Origin: Lysobacteraceae bacterium
GTDB taxonomy: Bacteria; Pseudomonadota; Gammaproteobacteria; Xanthomonadales; Xanthomonadaceae
Direction of reading: 5' to 3'
NCBI GenBank assembly: GCA_036404915.1
Contig: DASWYO010000014.1
Location: 7,155-71,154, forward strand
DNA length: 64,000 nt
Numbering within the stretch: the stretch's first letter is position 1; every line of letters starts with the position of its first letter. The translations under genes and the position numbers were made by a program. The notes beneath the pieces are model-generated. The model was not told the DNA's origin and ran no database searches. It saw nothing but the letters and a program-made list of their open reading frames with translations. Shown here one piece after another: positions 9,421-19,900 of the stretch.

Positions 9421-10019
9421 ACGCCGATCTGCGCGGGATTGCGACGATCACGGTCGCGACGATCACGATCGCCGCCGGCATGCTCGGCGGCTGCGTGACC
9501 TTCGAACATGCGCCGGTCTCCAGGTACGACTGCGATCCGGCGCTGGCCGGCACCTGGCAGACCGTGAAGACCGAACGCCTGCCCCGCCCGATCGACGTCT
9601 CGTCCGACTGCCGCATGCGCTGGCCGCTCGACGGCGGCGGCACGTACGAAACGACGCTGCGCAGCTTCGCCCTCGCCGACCACCGCTATCTCGCGTTCAC
9701 GCCCGAAGAAGCCGATCGCCTGATCGACATGCAAGGCGACCTGGCCAAGGGCGCGCCCGCCGGCAGCGTGCTGCTGGCGCGCTATCGCATCGAAGGCGAC
9801 GAGGTCCGGCTCTGGCTCGCCGATCCCGCCATCACGCTGGCTGCCGGTACGCAGGGCCAGGCCACCGTGCAGCGCCTGGACGAGCGGCTGGCCCATGTCG
9901 AAGGCAGTCGGCGCACCACGGCCAGGCTGCTCCGCGCGCACGGCGACGCCCTCTTCCGCGAGAGACAGGCCGAAGGCATGACCCGCTTCAGGCGCGTCGC
10001 AGCGGAGGCTACGCCATGA
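9417..10019 (+). CDS. Hypothetical lipoprotein
   Basis: Signal peptide with lipobox LGGC; ATGA-coupled to both neighbours. Confidence 0.75.
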   Translation: MNADLRGIATITVATITIAAGMLGGCVTFEHAPVSRYDCDPALAGTWQTVKTERLPRPIDVSSDCRMRWPLDGGGTYETTLRSFALADHRYLAFTPEEADRLIDMQGDLAKGAPAGSVLLARYRIEGDEVRLWLADPAITLAAGTQGQATVQRLDERLAHVEGSRRTTARLLRAHGDALFRERQAEGMTRFRRVAAEATP

Positions 10020-10912
10020 GCGACTTCGTCCGCATCGTCGAAGTCGGGCCGCGCGACGGCCTGCAGAACGAAAAGACCCTGGTGCCGGCGGCCGACAAGA
10101 TCGCATTGATCGACCGGCTGTCCGCCACCGGCCTGCGCAGCATCGAGGCCACCAGCTTCGTCAGCCCGAAATGGGTGCCGCAGCTGGCCGACGCCACCGA
10201 GGTTTACACCGGCATCGCGAAGCGGCCCGGCGTGCGCTACCCGGTGCTCGTGCCGAACGAGACCGGCTACGAGCGCGCGCGCGCCGTGGGCGTGGACGAG
10301 ATCGCGGTGTTCACCGCTGCGTCCGAAGCCTTCAACCGGAAGAACATCAACGCCTCGATCGAGGAATCGCTGCAGCGTTTCGCGCCGGTCCTCGAACGCG
10401 CGAAGGCCGACGGCGTGACCGTGCGCGGCTATGTCTCGACCGTGCTCGGCTGCCCCTACCAGGGCGATGTGCCGGTGGCCGACGTGGTCCGGGTGGCGAA
10501 GGCGCTGCACGCGATGGGCTGTTACGAAGTGTCGCTGGGCGACACGATCGGCATCGGCACCCCGGCGAAGGCCGCCGCCATGCTGCGCGCGGTGGCGGCC
10601 GAAGTCCCGATGCCGGCGCTGGCCATCCATTTCCACGACACCTACGGCCAGGCCTTGGCGAACATCCACGCCTGCCTCGAGGAAGGCGTGCGCGTGGTCG
10701 ACGCCGCGGTGTCCGGCACCGGCGGCTGCCCGTACGCACGCGGCGCCAGCGGGAATGTCGCAAGCGAGGATGTCGTGTATATGCTGCATGGCATGGGCAT
10801 CGACACCGGCATCGACCTCGACGCACTCAGCGCCACCGGGCGCTGGCTGGCCGAACGGCTGGGCAGGCCCAGCGGAAGCAAGTTCACACTGGCAAGGACC
10901 GCTGCCCCATGA
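10016..10912 (+). CDS. liuE: Hydroxymethylglutaryl-CoA lyase
   Basis: EVGPRDGLQNE, HFHDTYGQ, GGCPYA. Confidence 0.95.
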   Translation: MSDFVRIVEVGPRDGLQNEKTLVPAADKIALIDRLSATGLRSIEATSFVSPKWVPQLADATEVYTGIAKRPGVRYPVLVPNETGYERARAVGVDEIAVFTAASEAFNRKNINASIEESLQRFAPVLERAKADGVTVRGYVSTVLGCPYQGDVPVADVVRVAKALHAMGCYEVSLGDTIGIGTPAKAAAMLRAVAAEVPMPALAIHFHDTYGQALANIHACLEEGVRVVDAAVSGTGGCPYARGASGNVASEDVVYMLHGMGIDTGIDLDALSATGRWLAERLGRPSGSKFTLARTAAP

Positions 10913-13485
10913 CCGAACGCTGGCCCGATCTCGCGCAATCCCCCGCCGCCGACCTGTTGCGGACGCTGGAGGCGCTGGAACGGGCCGGCGACGACGCCAC
11001 CCTGCCGGAGGCGACGCGCACGCTCCTCGGTGATGCGCGCGATGCCCTGCTGGCGGCGCTGGAGGAAACCGAATCCGAACGGCAGCGCTACCGCGCGCTG
11101 CTCGATGCCGTGCCCGACCCGGTCAGCATCATCGCCTGGGACGGCACCGTGCTCGACCTCAACAACGCCGGCATGGCCGCCTACCGCCGTCCGCGCGATG
11201 AAATCGTCGGCAAGCCCATCGAAGTGCTCAACCCCGACCTGCCCAAGGACCACATGGGCCCGGTGTGGGCCGCGTTGAACCGCGGCGAGACCTATGTCGT
11301 CGAAGTCACCAACATGCGCGCCGACGGCAGCCGCTTCCCGGTCGAGGTGCATACCGCCGGCTTCGAGTACAAGGGCGAGAAGCGCATGGTCGCGGTCGCA
11401 CGCGACCTCAGCCACCGCTGGGAAGCCGAATCGCGCTACCGCCTGCTGCTGGAATCGATCGACGTCGGCGTGATCCTGTTCGACCGCGACATGCACGTGA
11501 TCACCGCCAATCCCGCCGCCTACCGCGCCATCGGCGCGGAGCCCGGGCAGAGCGTGCAGACCCTGCTGCGTCCCGGCGACTGGCAGGTGATCGACGCGCG
11601 CGGCCGGCCGCTGTCGTTCCGCGACTGGCCGACCACGCAGGCGCTGGACCATGGCCAGGTGATCAGCAACACGGTCATCGGCCTGTACTACATCCCCGAC
11701 CGGCGCATGTCGTGGATCTCGGTGACCAACGTGCCGGTGTTCGAGGCCGACGGCGTCACGCCCGAATACGTGTTCGCGATGTTCAGCGACGTCACCACGC
11801 TCAAGCGCGACAACGTGCTGTTCGATCGCGCCCAGGGCCTGGCCCACATCGGCGGCTGGGAATGGGACCGCGGCCGGCAGCGGCTGTACCTCACCCACGA
11901 AGCGCAGCGCATCCTCGGCCGCGAACCCTCGCCGCAGACCGTGGATGCGCTCATCGCCGGCGCGTCTCCGTCCGATCGCGCGCGCCTGCGCATCGCGATC
12001 GACCGCCTGATCGAATCCGGCGGCAGTTTCGACCTGGAACTGCAGTACCAGCGCGACGACCAGCAGCCGTGCTGGGTGCGCATGATCGGCGAAGCCGACA
12101 CCGGCGACCCGGGCGTGTCGCGTATCGTCGGCACGCTGCAGGACATCACCGAACGCAAGCACGCCGAGGAAACGCTGCGCATCCAGGCGCGCACCGATCC
12201 GCTCACCGGCCTGCTCAACCGCGACGCCATCCTGGTCGAGCTGGACAGGCGCATGCAGGACCCGGCGAACGCCCGTGTCGCGGTGCTGTACATCGATCTC
12301 GACCGCTTCAAGGTCATCAACGACGTGCTCGGCCATGCCGCCGGCGACGAGTTGCTGGCCTCGGCGGCACAGCGTATTTCCACCGCGGTCGATGGCGAAG
12401 GCCTGATCGCGCGCTTCGGCGGCGACGAATTCCTGGTCGCCTGCCACTACGCAGACGACGCCGAGCGCCCCGAACGCATCGCCGCGGCGATCCTGCGCAC
12501 GCTGTCGGACAGCTTCCGCTTCGACAACGAGGAATTCACCATCACCGCGAGCATCGGCATCGCCCGCTCGCCCGACGACGGCGAACGCCCGCAGTCGCTG
12601 ATCCAGAACGCCGACGCCGCGATGTACGACAGCAAGCGCCGCTCGCGCAATGCCTGGCAGGCCTTCACGCCCGCGCTGGCGCAGACCCAGGCCGATCGCC
12701 TGTGGATGGAAACCCACCTGCGCCGCGCGGCCGACAACGGCGAATTCCATCTGGTCTACCAGCCGCAGGTCGACCTGCAGAGCGGCCGCATCGTTTCGGC
12801 CGAAGCGCTGATCCGCTGGCAGAACCACCTGCTCGGCGAACTGCGGCCGGATCGTTTCATCAGCCACGCCGAAACCACCGGCGACATCGTGCGCATCGGC
12901 AGCTGGGTGCTGCGCGAGGCCTGCAGGCAGGCCGCCGAATGGCGCGACGCCGGCCTGGGCATCGTGCGCGTCGCCGTCAACGTCTCCTATCGACAGTTCG
13001 TCGGCGAAGACCTCGCCGATACGGTCCGTCGCCTGCTCGACGAATTCCGCCTGCCCGGCGACGCGCTCGAACTGGAGTTCACCGAACGCGTGCTGATCGA
13101 GGACGCACCCGACACCCTGCGCAACTTCGCCGAGCTGCGCGAGATGGGCGTGATGCTGACCATCGACGATTTCGGCGAAGGCTACAGCGCGCTGAACTAC
13201 CTGCGCCGCCTGCCGATCCATGGCTTGAAGCTCAGCCAGCTGTTCGTCGAAGGCGTGCCCGCCAACCACTCCGACGTGGCGGTGTGCCAGGCGGTCAGCG
13301 GCATCGCGCGCAGCCTCGGGCTGGGGCTGGTCGCCGAAGGCGTGGAATCCGAAGCGCAGCGCCAGTTCCTGCTGAAGCTGGGCGTGCCGGTCGGCCAGGG
13401 CTTCCTGTTCGCGCCCGGCCTGAAACCCGACGAATTCGCACGCCGCCTGCTCCGCGAAGGCCACCGGCCTGCGGCGGCGCATTGA
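10909..13485 (+). CDS. Multi-PAS diguanylate cyclase/phosphodiesterase (GGDEF-EAL)
   Basis: Three PAS-like segments, RFGGDEF, SAEALIRW, DDFGEGYS. Confidence 0.95.
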   Translation: MTERWPDLAQSPAADLLRTLEALERAGDDATLPEATRTLLGDARDALLAALEETESERQRYRALLDAVPDPVSIIAWDGTVLDLNNAGMAAYRRPRDEIVGKPIEVLNPDLPKDHMGPVWAALNRGETYVVEVTNMRADGSRFPVEVHTAGFEYKGEKRMVAVARDLSHRWEAESRYRLLLESIDVGVILFDRDMHVITANPAAYRAIGAEPGQSVQTLLRPGDWQVIDARGRPLSFRDWPTTQALDHGQVISNTVIGLYYIPDRRMSWISVTNVPVFEADGVTPEYVFAMFSDVTTLKRDNVLFDRAQGLAHIGGWEWDRGRQRLYLTHEAQRILGREPSPQTVDALIAGASPSDRARLRIAIDRLIESGGSFDLELQYQRDDQQPCWVRMIGEADTGDPGVSRIVGTLQDITERKHAEETLRIQARTDPLTGLLNRDAILVELDRRMQDPANARVAVLYIDLDRFKVINDVLGHAAGDELLASAAQRISTAVDGEGLIARFGGDEFLVACHYADDAERPERIAAAILRTLSDSFRFDNEEFTITASIGIARSPDDGERPQSLIQNADAAMYDSKRRSRNAWQAFTPALAQTQADRLWMETHLRRAADNGEFHLVYQPQVDLQSGRIVSAEALIRWQNHLLGELRPDRFISHAETTGDIVRIGSWVLREACRQAAEWRDAGLGIVRVAVNVSYRQFVGEDLADTVRRLLDEFRLPGDALELEFTERVLIEDAPDTLRNFAELREMGVMLTIDDFGEGYSALNYLRRLPIHGLKLSQLFVEGVPANHSDVAVCQAVSGIARSLGLGLVAEGVESEAQRQFLLKLGVPVGQGFLFAPGLKPDEFARRLLREGHRPAAAH

Positions 13486-13508
13486 TATTCCCCTCATTCC
13501 CGATCGCA

Positions 13509-14027
13509 ATGTCTCCTGCATCCTCTCTCCGCATCCGCCCCATCGAAGCCCGCGACGACGCGGCCATCGCCACGATCATCCGCACCGTGATGCCCGAGTT
13601 CGGCGCCTGCGGGTCCGGTTTCGCGATCAACGATCCCGAAGTCGACTGGATGCACCGCGCCTATGGCGAGCCGCGCTCGGCCTACTTCGTCGTCGAGCGC
13701 GACCACGGCGACGGCCATTGGGTGGTCGAAGGCGGCGGCGGGGTCGCGCCGCTGGCAGGCGGCGACGACGCCACCTGCGAACTGCGCAAGATGTATTTCC
13801 TGCCGTCGCTGCGCGGGCTCGGCGCCGGTGCCGCGCTGATGACGCGCTGTCTCGACGCCGCGCGCGGCTTCGGCTTCGCACGCTGCTATCTGGAAACCCT
13901 CACCGGCATGGACGCGGCCATGCGCCTGTACGAACGCAGCGGCTTCCGCCGGATCGACCACGCGATGGGCGCCACCGGCCACGGCGGCTGCAATACGTTC
14001 TATCTGCGTGCGCTCGACGACGCCTGA
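13509..14027 (+). CDS. GNAT family N-acetyltransferase
   Basis: CELRKMYFLPSLRGLGAG, CYLETLTGM..A.RLYERSGF. Confidence 0.9.
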   Translation: MSPASSLRIRPIEARDDAAIATIIRTVMPEFGACGSGFAINDPEVDWMHRAYGEPRSAYFVVERDHGDGHWVVEGGGGVAPLAGGDDATCELRKMYFLPSLRGLGAGAALMTRCLDAARGFGFARCYLETLTGMDAAMRLYERSGFRRIDHAMGATGHGGCNTFYLRALDDA

Positions 14028-14080
14028 GCAGCGCGTCGACCTTGGCGGGGCAGCGCCGCGAGACATCCCTGCACCCAAAG

Positions 14081-14106
14081 AAAAACCCCGCCGAAGCGGG
14101 GTTTTT
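14081..14106. terminator. Bidirectional intrinsic terminator
   Basis: AAAAACCCCGC-CGAA-GCGGGGTTTTT between convergent genes. Confidence 0.9.
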
Positions 14107-14129
14107 CGCGTGTCGCACAACGGGGCCGA

Positions 14130-15542
14130 TCAGAAGTGGTACTGGGCGGACACGCCGAACAGGTTGACGTTACTGCTGTACTCGCCGAACAGCACGTGGC
14201 GCTGGCTGTCGACGATGCCGATCTTCGGCTTGTCGGGCTGGATGCGGGTGTAGGCCGCGTTGACTTCGAGGTGGTCGCTCACGTTCCAGGTCAGGCCCAG
14301 CGAGAACCAGCGACGATCTTCGTCGGGCAGGCGCGTGGTACGGGTGTGGAAGGTGGTCGGGGTTTCGTCGTACGCATAGCCGCCGCGCAGCGTGAACTTG
14401 TCCGACAGCTGGTACTCGGCGCCCACCGACCAGAACGCGGTGTCGGTCCAGCGGAACTCTTCCGAGGACGCCGGCTGGAACGCGTTGTCGAAGTAGATGG
14501 TCACGGCCTGCACGGAGTGCCAGTCGGTCTGCGAGTAGTCGGCCATCAGGGCCAGCTTCTCGTTGAGCTGCCAGGCCATGCTCAGCGTGGTGACGCTGGG
14601 CGTGGTCAGCGGCGCGGTGGCGCCGGTGTCGCGGAAGCCGTTGCCGAGCACCGTGAGCTGGGCGCGCTGGGCCGGGGTCAGCGGCGCGGCCGGGTTGGCG
14701 GCCAGCGCGGCGAAGCCCGGCTGGGCACCGGCAAAGGCGGCCGGCAGGGTGAAGTCGGCGCGACCGCGCAGCTCATGGTCGATTTCCGAACGATGCGTGA
14801 AGCCGAAGGCCAGGCTGTCGGTCGGACGCCAGTTCAGGCCGAGGATCCAGCCGATGCCGTGGTCGTCGCCGTGCACGCTGACCGAACCGTCGGCCGCCTG
14901 CGGGCGGGCGCCCGGGACGCCGGCGCCGAGCAGGATCGTGCCGAAGTCGATGTTGTTGTCGAGGGTGGCCTCGGCCTTTTCATAGATCAGGCCCACGCCG
15001 ACCGAGAAGCGGTCCGGCACGATCTCGTACGCGGCGGAGAGGGTCACGTCGACCGTCTTCACTTCCGACAGGGTGGACGAGTAGCGACCGACCCAGTTCT
15101 TGTCGTATTCGGTCTTGAGGCCGAACGGCGCGCTGACCATGGCGCCGAAGGTCAGGCCGTTCTCGAACTTGTGGATGAAGGACATGGCCGGCACCGGGGT
15201 CGGCTCGCCGATGTCGCCGCCCTGACCGCCGGTCAGCGGCGCAGCGGCCGGGCCGAGGCCATTGCCGGCGTAACCGCCGCCTTCGAATTCGGCGTTGAGG
15301 TCGATCACCGTCAGGTCGACCTGGGCGGTGGTCTCGTCGAACTGGGTCATGGTGGCCGGGTTGTTGACGACGACCGAGGCATCGCCCTTGGCGACGCCGG
15401 AACCGGCAAAGGCGCGGCCCATGGCCTTGACGCTGTTCTCCTTCAGCTGGAAGCCCGAGGCGTGGGCCTGGCCGAAGGTGAGCGCGCCGGCGATGCCGAG
15501 TGCCAGCGCGGTCAGCGGGATGAAGCGGTGATGGGTGTGCAT
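14130..15542 (-). CDS. fadL: Long-chain fatty acid outer-membrane transporter (FadL/OmpP1)
   Basis: Signal peptide, then SGFQLKENS..GRAFAG, NNPA, PFGL.T.Y; C-terminal Phe. Confidence 0.92.
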   Translation of the reverse strand: MHTHHRFIPLTALALGIAGALTFGQAHASGFQLKENSVKAMGRAFAGSGVAKGDASVVVNNPATMTQFDETTAQVDLTVIDLNAEFEGGGYAGNGLGPAAAPLTGGQGGDIGEPTPVPAMSFIHKFENGLTFGAMVSAPFGLKTEYDKNWVGRYSSTLSEVKTVDVTLSAAYEIVPDRFSVGVGLIYEKAEATLDNNIDFGTILLGAGVPGARPQAADGSVSVHGDDHGIGWILGLNWRPTDSLAFGFTHRSEIDHELRGRADFTLPAAFAGAQPGFAALAANPAAPLTPAQRAQLTVLGNGFRDTGATAPLTTPSVTTLSMAWQLNEKLALMADYSQTDWHSVQAVTIYFDNAFQPASSEEFRWTDTAFWSVGAEYQLSDKFTLRGGYAYDETPTTFHTRTTRLPDEDRRWFSLGLTWNVSDHLEVNAAYTRIQPDKPKIGIVDSQRHVLFGEYSSNVNLFGVSAQYHF

Positions 15543-15736
15543 GGTGCTAGCGTCTCCGTGGACAGGTGGTAAGTCGCGCCGTGCGGACGGGGTGCGTTCC
15601 CTCCCCCGCTCCGTCCTGCCGGAAGCCCCCTCCCGACGTACGACGGCGTATGTACTATACATTTCATGTTAACCGAACGCTAACAAGCGTTATCCTGCCT
15701 GCGGTCTCACCTCGGACATCACGCTCCACACGTCGC

Positions 15737-16429
15737 ATGTTCGTTCAGCTCCCTTCCCGCACGAAATCGGGCCTGCGCTGGGCCACGCCGCTGGTCTTCG
15801 CGGCCCTGTGGTGCGCCTTCCTGTGGATCAGCACGCGGGCGCCGACGACCCAGCGCATGCTTCTGGAAGACTGGGGCGCACTGACAGGCGGCCCCGGCCT
15901 GCCCGAGACCTGGCAGGCGCTGTGGTCGAGCCTGCGCTGGAAGACCCTGTTCACCGCGATCTTCCTGCATGCCGACTGGGCGCACCTGCTGGGCAACCTG
16001 ATCTTCCTGCTGATCTTCGGCCTGCCCGCTGAGCGGGCGATGGGTCCTTGGCGCTTCCTCGCGCTGTTCCTGATCGGCGGCGCCGTGGCCAACCTGGCCA
16101 CCGTGCTGATGATCGGCACGCCGGAACGGCTGGTCATCGGCGCCAGTGGCGCGGTCGCAGCGGTGATCGGTGCCTATCTCGCCCTGTTCCCGCGCGCCAA
16201 GCTGGGCGTGGTCGTGCCTCTGGGCCTGTTCCTGGAGTTCATCCGCGCCCCGGCCTCGCTGCTGATCGGGGTCTGGGCTGTGCTGCAGGTGGTGTTCGCC
16301 TACATCGGCCCAGCCTTCGGCGCGGTCGCCTGGAACGCCCACATCGCCGGCTTCCTGTTCGGCGTGCTGTTCGCGATGCTGGCGCGGTCCGGCATCGAAC
16401 GCCGCCTGCGCCACGCCCGGGGCTGGTGA
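15737..16429 (+). CDS. Rhomboid family intramembrane serine protease
   Basis: HADWAHLLGN, GASGA, AHIAGF. Confidence 0.93.
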   Translation: MFVQLPSRTKSGLRWATPLVFAALWCAFLWISTRAPTTQRMLLEDWGALTGGPGLPETWQALWSSLRWKTLFTAIFLHADWAHLLGNLIFLLIFGLPAERAMGPWRFLALFLIGGAVANLATVLMIGTPERLVIGASGAVAAVIGAYLALFPRAKLGVVVPLGLFLEFIRAPASLLIGVWAVLQVVFAYIGPAFGAVAWNAHIAGFLFGVLFAMLARSGIERRLRHARGW

Positions 16430-16495
16430 CGGGGAATCGTTGAAGGAGCAGCGATGACGGCGCGTGCCACCGCGCCGCCCGGCTATGATTCGCCC

Positions 16496-16816
16496 ATGAA
16501 CAAGACGCTCTACAAAGTCACCTTCCTCAATCACGGCAAGATCTACGAGGTCTTCGCCGGCCGCGTGGGCAGCAGCAGCCTCTGGGGATTCACCGAAGTC
16601 GCGGACCTGGTGTTCGACGTGCACGACGGCCTGGTCGTCGATCCTACCGAGGAACGCCTGCGCGACGAGTTCGGCGGCACCAAGGTGCTGCACCTGCCGA
16701 TGCAGAGCATCGTCCGCATCGAGGAAGTCGAGAAGAAGGGCCAGTCCGCGATCCGCGACGCGGCCAGCGGCGAGAAGGTCGTCACCCCGTTCCCGATGCC
16801 GGCGAAGCCGCGCTGA
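16496..16816 (+). CDS. DUF1820 family protein
   Basis: LYKVTFLNHGKIYE...VVDPTEERLRDEF...LPMQSIVRIEEVEK. Confidence 0.85.
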   Translation: MNKTLYKVTFLNHGKIYEVFAGRVGSSSLWGFTEVADLVFDVHDGLVVDPTEERLRDEFGGTKVLHLPMQSIVRIEEVEKKGQSAIRDAASGEKVVTPFPMPAKPR

Positions 16817-16847
16817 GCATGCCGGGCTGAAAGCCGGCCTTCGAATG

Positions 16848-16888
16848 CAATGACGACGCTGCGCGATCCCTGCGCAACGTCGCCATTG
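16848..16888. terminator. Imperfect hairpin between convergent genes
   Basis: CAATGACGACGCTGCGC...GCGCAACGTCGCCATTG; no U-tract. Confidence 0.45.
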
Positions 16889-16912
16889 TCCCGAGATTGA
16901 TCGGGCAGACGC

Positions 16913-19900
16913 TTACTGCAGCGTCACCCGCTTGCGGTTGTCGGACGACACCCGGTCGATCAGCTTGTTGTAGGGGTCGAAGCCGGCTTCATACGGTTCC
17001 GCGTCGACGACCACGGTGAGCTTCGGTGACTCGGCCGTGATCCGGTGGCGCTTGAGGTACAGCGGCTTCTCGTCTTCCTCCTTGCCCGTCGGGCCGCGCG
17101 CGAACACGCCGACCTCGATCCAATCGTCGAGCTTTCCAGCGGTCTCCTTGCCCTTGCCGTCGGCGTAGCGCTTGGCCGCATGCAGGTCGAGCACGACTTC
17201 GTACTTGCCGTCCGCGCGCTTCTTCGCGGTCGCTTCTTCCACGCGGTTGTCGTAGAAGCTGATCTTCTCGAACAGGTCGGCGATCAGCGTCTCGTGCTGC
17301 GGTCCGGCTTCGGCGCGGATGTAGCCGAGCAGTTCCTTCGACGTGGTGTACGGCGGCTGCTGGTAGCCCTTGTCCTGCAGGAACCGCTTCAGCGCGCGGT
17401 TCAGCGCCGCTTCGCCCATCTCCTCGCGCAGGCGGTAGAACACCAGCGATCCCTTCTCGTAGTGGATGTACTGCTGGTTCTCCACTCGGTACAGCGGCAA
17501 TTCTTCCAGCAGTTCGCCGCCGCGGCCGGACAGGTAGCCGTCCAGTTCGTTCTTGAGGAAGCGGCGCATCTTCTGCCGCCCATACTCCTTCTCCATCACC
17601 ATCAGCGCGGAATACTGCGACAGCGATTCCGACAGCACGGTCGCGCCCTGCATGTTCGCGCCGATCACCTGGTGCGCCCACCACTGGTGCGCGATCTCGT
17701 GCGCGGTGACGTAGAACACGTAGTCGATGGCGTCCTTGTCGCGGATGTCGGCGATGAAGCCGATCGACTCGGAATACGGGATCGTGTTCGGGAAGGACTG
17801 CGCGAAACTGGCGTAGCGCGGGAATTCGATGATCCGCACCTGCTTGTGCTGGTAGGGCGTGAAGTTGGACTCGAAATAGGCCAGCGATTTCTGCACCGCT
17901 TCGATCATGCGGTCGACGTTGTAGGGGTGCTTGGCGTCGTGGTAGATCTCGATCGGGATGCCCTTGTACATGCCCTTCTTCACCTGCCAGCGCGCGGACA
18001 GGTAGGAATAGAAGTTCAGGATCGGCCGGTCCATCGCGTAGCGGAAACAGCGCCGACCTTCGCGGGTGAATTCCTCCTGCAGGTAGCCCGGCGACAGCGC
18101 GATCTGGTCCGGCGCGGTGCAGATCGTGGTCTTGAAGTCGATCCAGTCGGCATCGTCGGTCAGGTAGTTGCTCGCGCGCGCCGCCTCGTTTTCCAGCTTC
18201 GGCATGCGCCGCGGTTCGCCCAGGCCGCGCTTGCGGCGCTCGTTGCGATCTGTGATTTCCGCGTTCTCGTTGTAGCCGAACGACGGGAAGGCGGTGTTGT
18301 TGAAGAACGAGCCGTTCTCGACGATGCCGGTGCGCGCGATCGAATTGGTGATGCCGTTGGGCTCGATGCGCACTTCCCATGCGATGCGGCGCTCGGCGCC
18401 CGGTGCGATCGGCTGCTTCAGGCGATAGATGCGATAGCCCATGTCCTCGTCATGCTTCACCAGTTCGGCGCCGCCGACATCGATCGACTTCAGGGTATCG
18501 TCTTCGCCCATGCTGATGTGCAGATCGACGATCGGCGTGGCATGCGGGTTGCGCACCCGGTACGTGCCCTTCGCGGTCATCGTCAGCGTTTCCGGACGCA
18601 GGTCCACCTCGACCTCGGTCGCGACGATCTTCGGCTGCGGCAGCGACTGGTAGCGCTTGTATTCGCGCTCGTAGCGGGCCTGCAGGTCAAGCGTGTCATC
18701 GGGCGACAGGAAGTCGTTGCGAACGTTGGTGTTCCAGTACAGCCAGCCACCGGTTGCCGCGAAGGCCAGCACGGCGAGCGCGGTGGCGGCCCCCAGCGGT
18801 CCGCGCATGCGTGCCTTCGCGACGCGCAGGCGCTCGCGACCACCACCGCTGGTGCCGCGCACCCACAAGGCGGCGGACAACAGCAGCAGCACCAGCAGGA
18901 ACAGGCCCCAGTAGCCCTGGAACCACAGCTTCGCCCCGAGGAAATGGCCGTAGCCGTTCATGTCCGAATACGGCGCGCCGGGCGAGCCGGCATAACTGTA
19001 GAGATTGTGGGTGAAATCGAGCGCACCCAGCACCGCCTGCAGGATCAGGACCAGGATCAGCAGGCCGTAGCCCGCGTACTTGTTGTTGGTGAACACCTGC
19101 AGGCACAGCGCCAGACCGGCCATCAGCACGAAACCGATGCTGTCCAGCAGCAGGGCCTGGGCATAGACCGCCAGTTCGAGCTGCGCGTGCCCCTTGAGCG
19201 ACTGGATCACGATCGCGGCGATGCAGCCCACCAGTTGGAAGCTGAAGATCACCGCGACCAGGGCGCCGAACTTCGCGGACAGCGGCACCCAGTTGGGCAC
19301 CGGCATGGCATCGGTGACTTCGTGGATCTTCGCCGCGCGCTCCTTTCCGACCAGTTCGCCCGCGTAGAACAGCACGATGATGACCAGCATGAAGTTGTAG
19401 GCGCCCTGCAGCGCTTCGAGCATCTGCGAAGTGACCGGATGGATCGGGGTCTCGTACAGCGTCTCGGCGAAGATCGCGCTGGGAATGAAGTTCGCCAGCG
19501 CGAACAGCAGCATCACGATGAACGGCACGCCGCGGAATACGGCCAGGGTGTCGAAGCGCAGTTGGCGGAAGAACTGCGTGATGGCGGTACCGGTGCCGAA
19601 TGCCGGCGTCGCGCGCGGCAGGTTGAGCGCACGCAGTGTCGGCACGGCTTCGGCCACGGGCGCCGTCATTTTCCGGGCGCGACGCAGGCCACGACCGGTG
19701 CCAGTGCGCTCGGTGCGAAACAGCGCGAAGCACGCGCCGGCCAGCACAAGGCCGATGCCCAGCCACAGCGCGCGGTTGGCGAGGATGTAGCCCGCGATCG
19801 CCGGCACCTCGGTGTTGCGCTGCTCGGCGGCCCAGTAGCGGATCGTGCGGCTGAACGCGCGGATGCCGAGCGGCTCGGCGAGCACGGCGGCCCAGACGTT

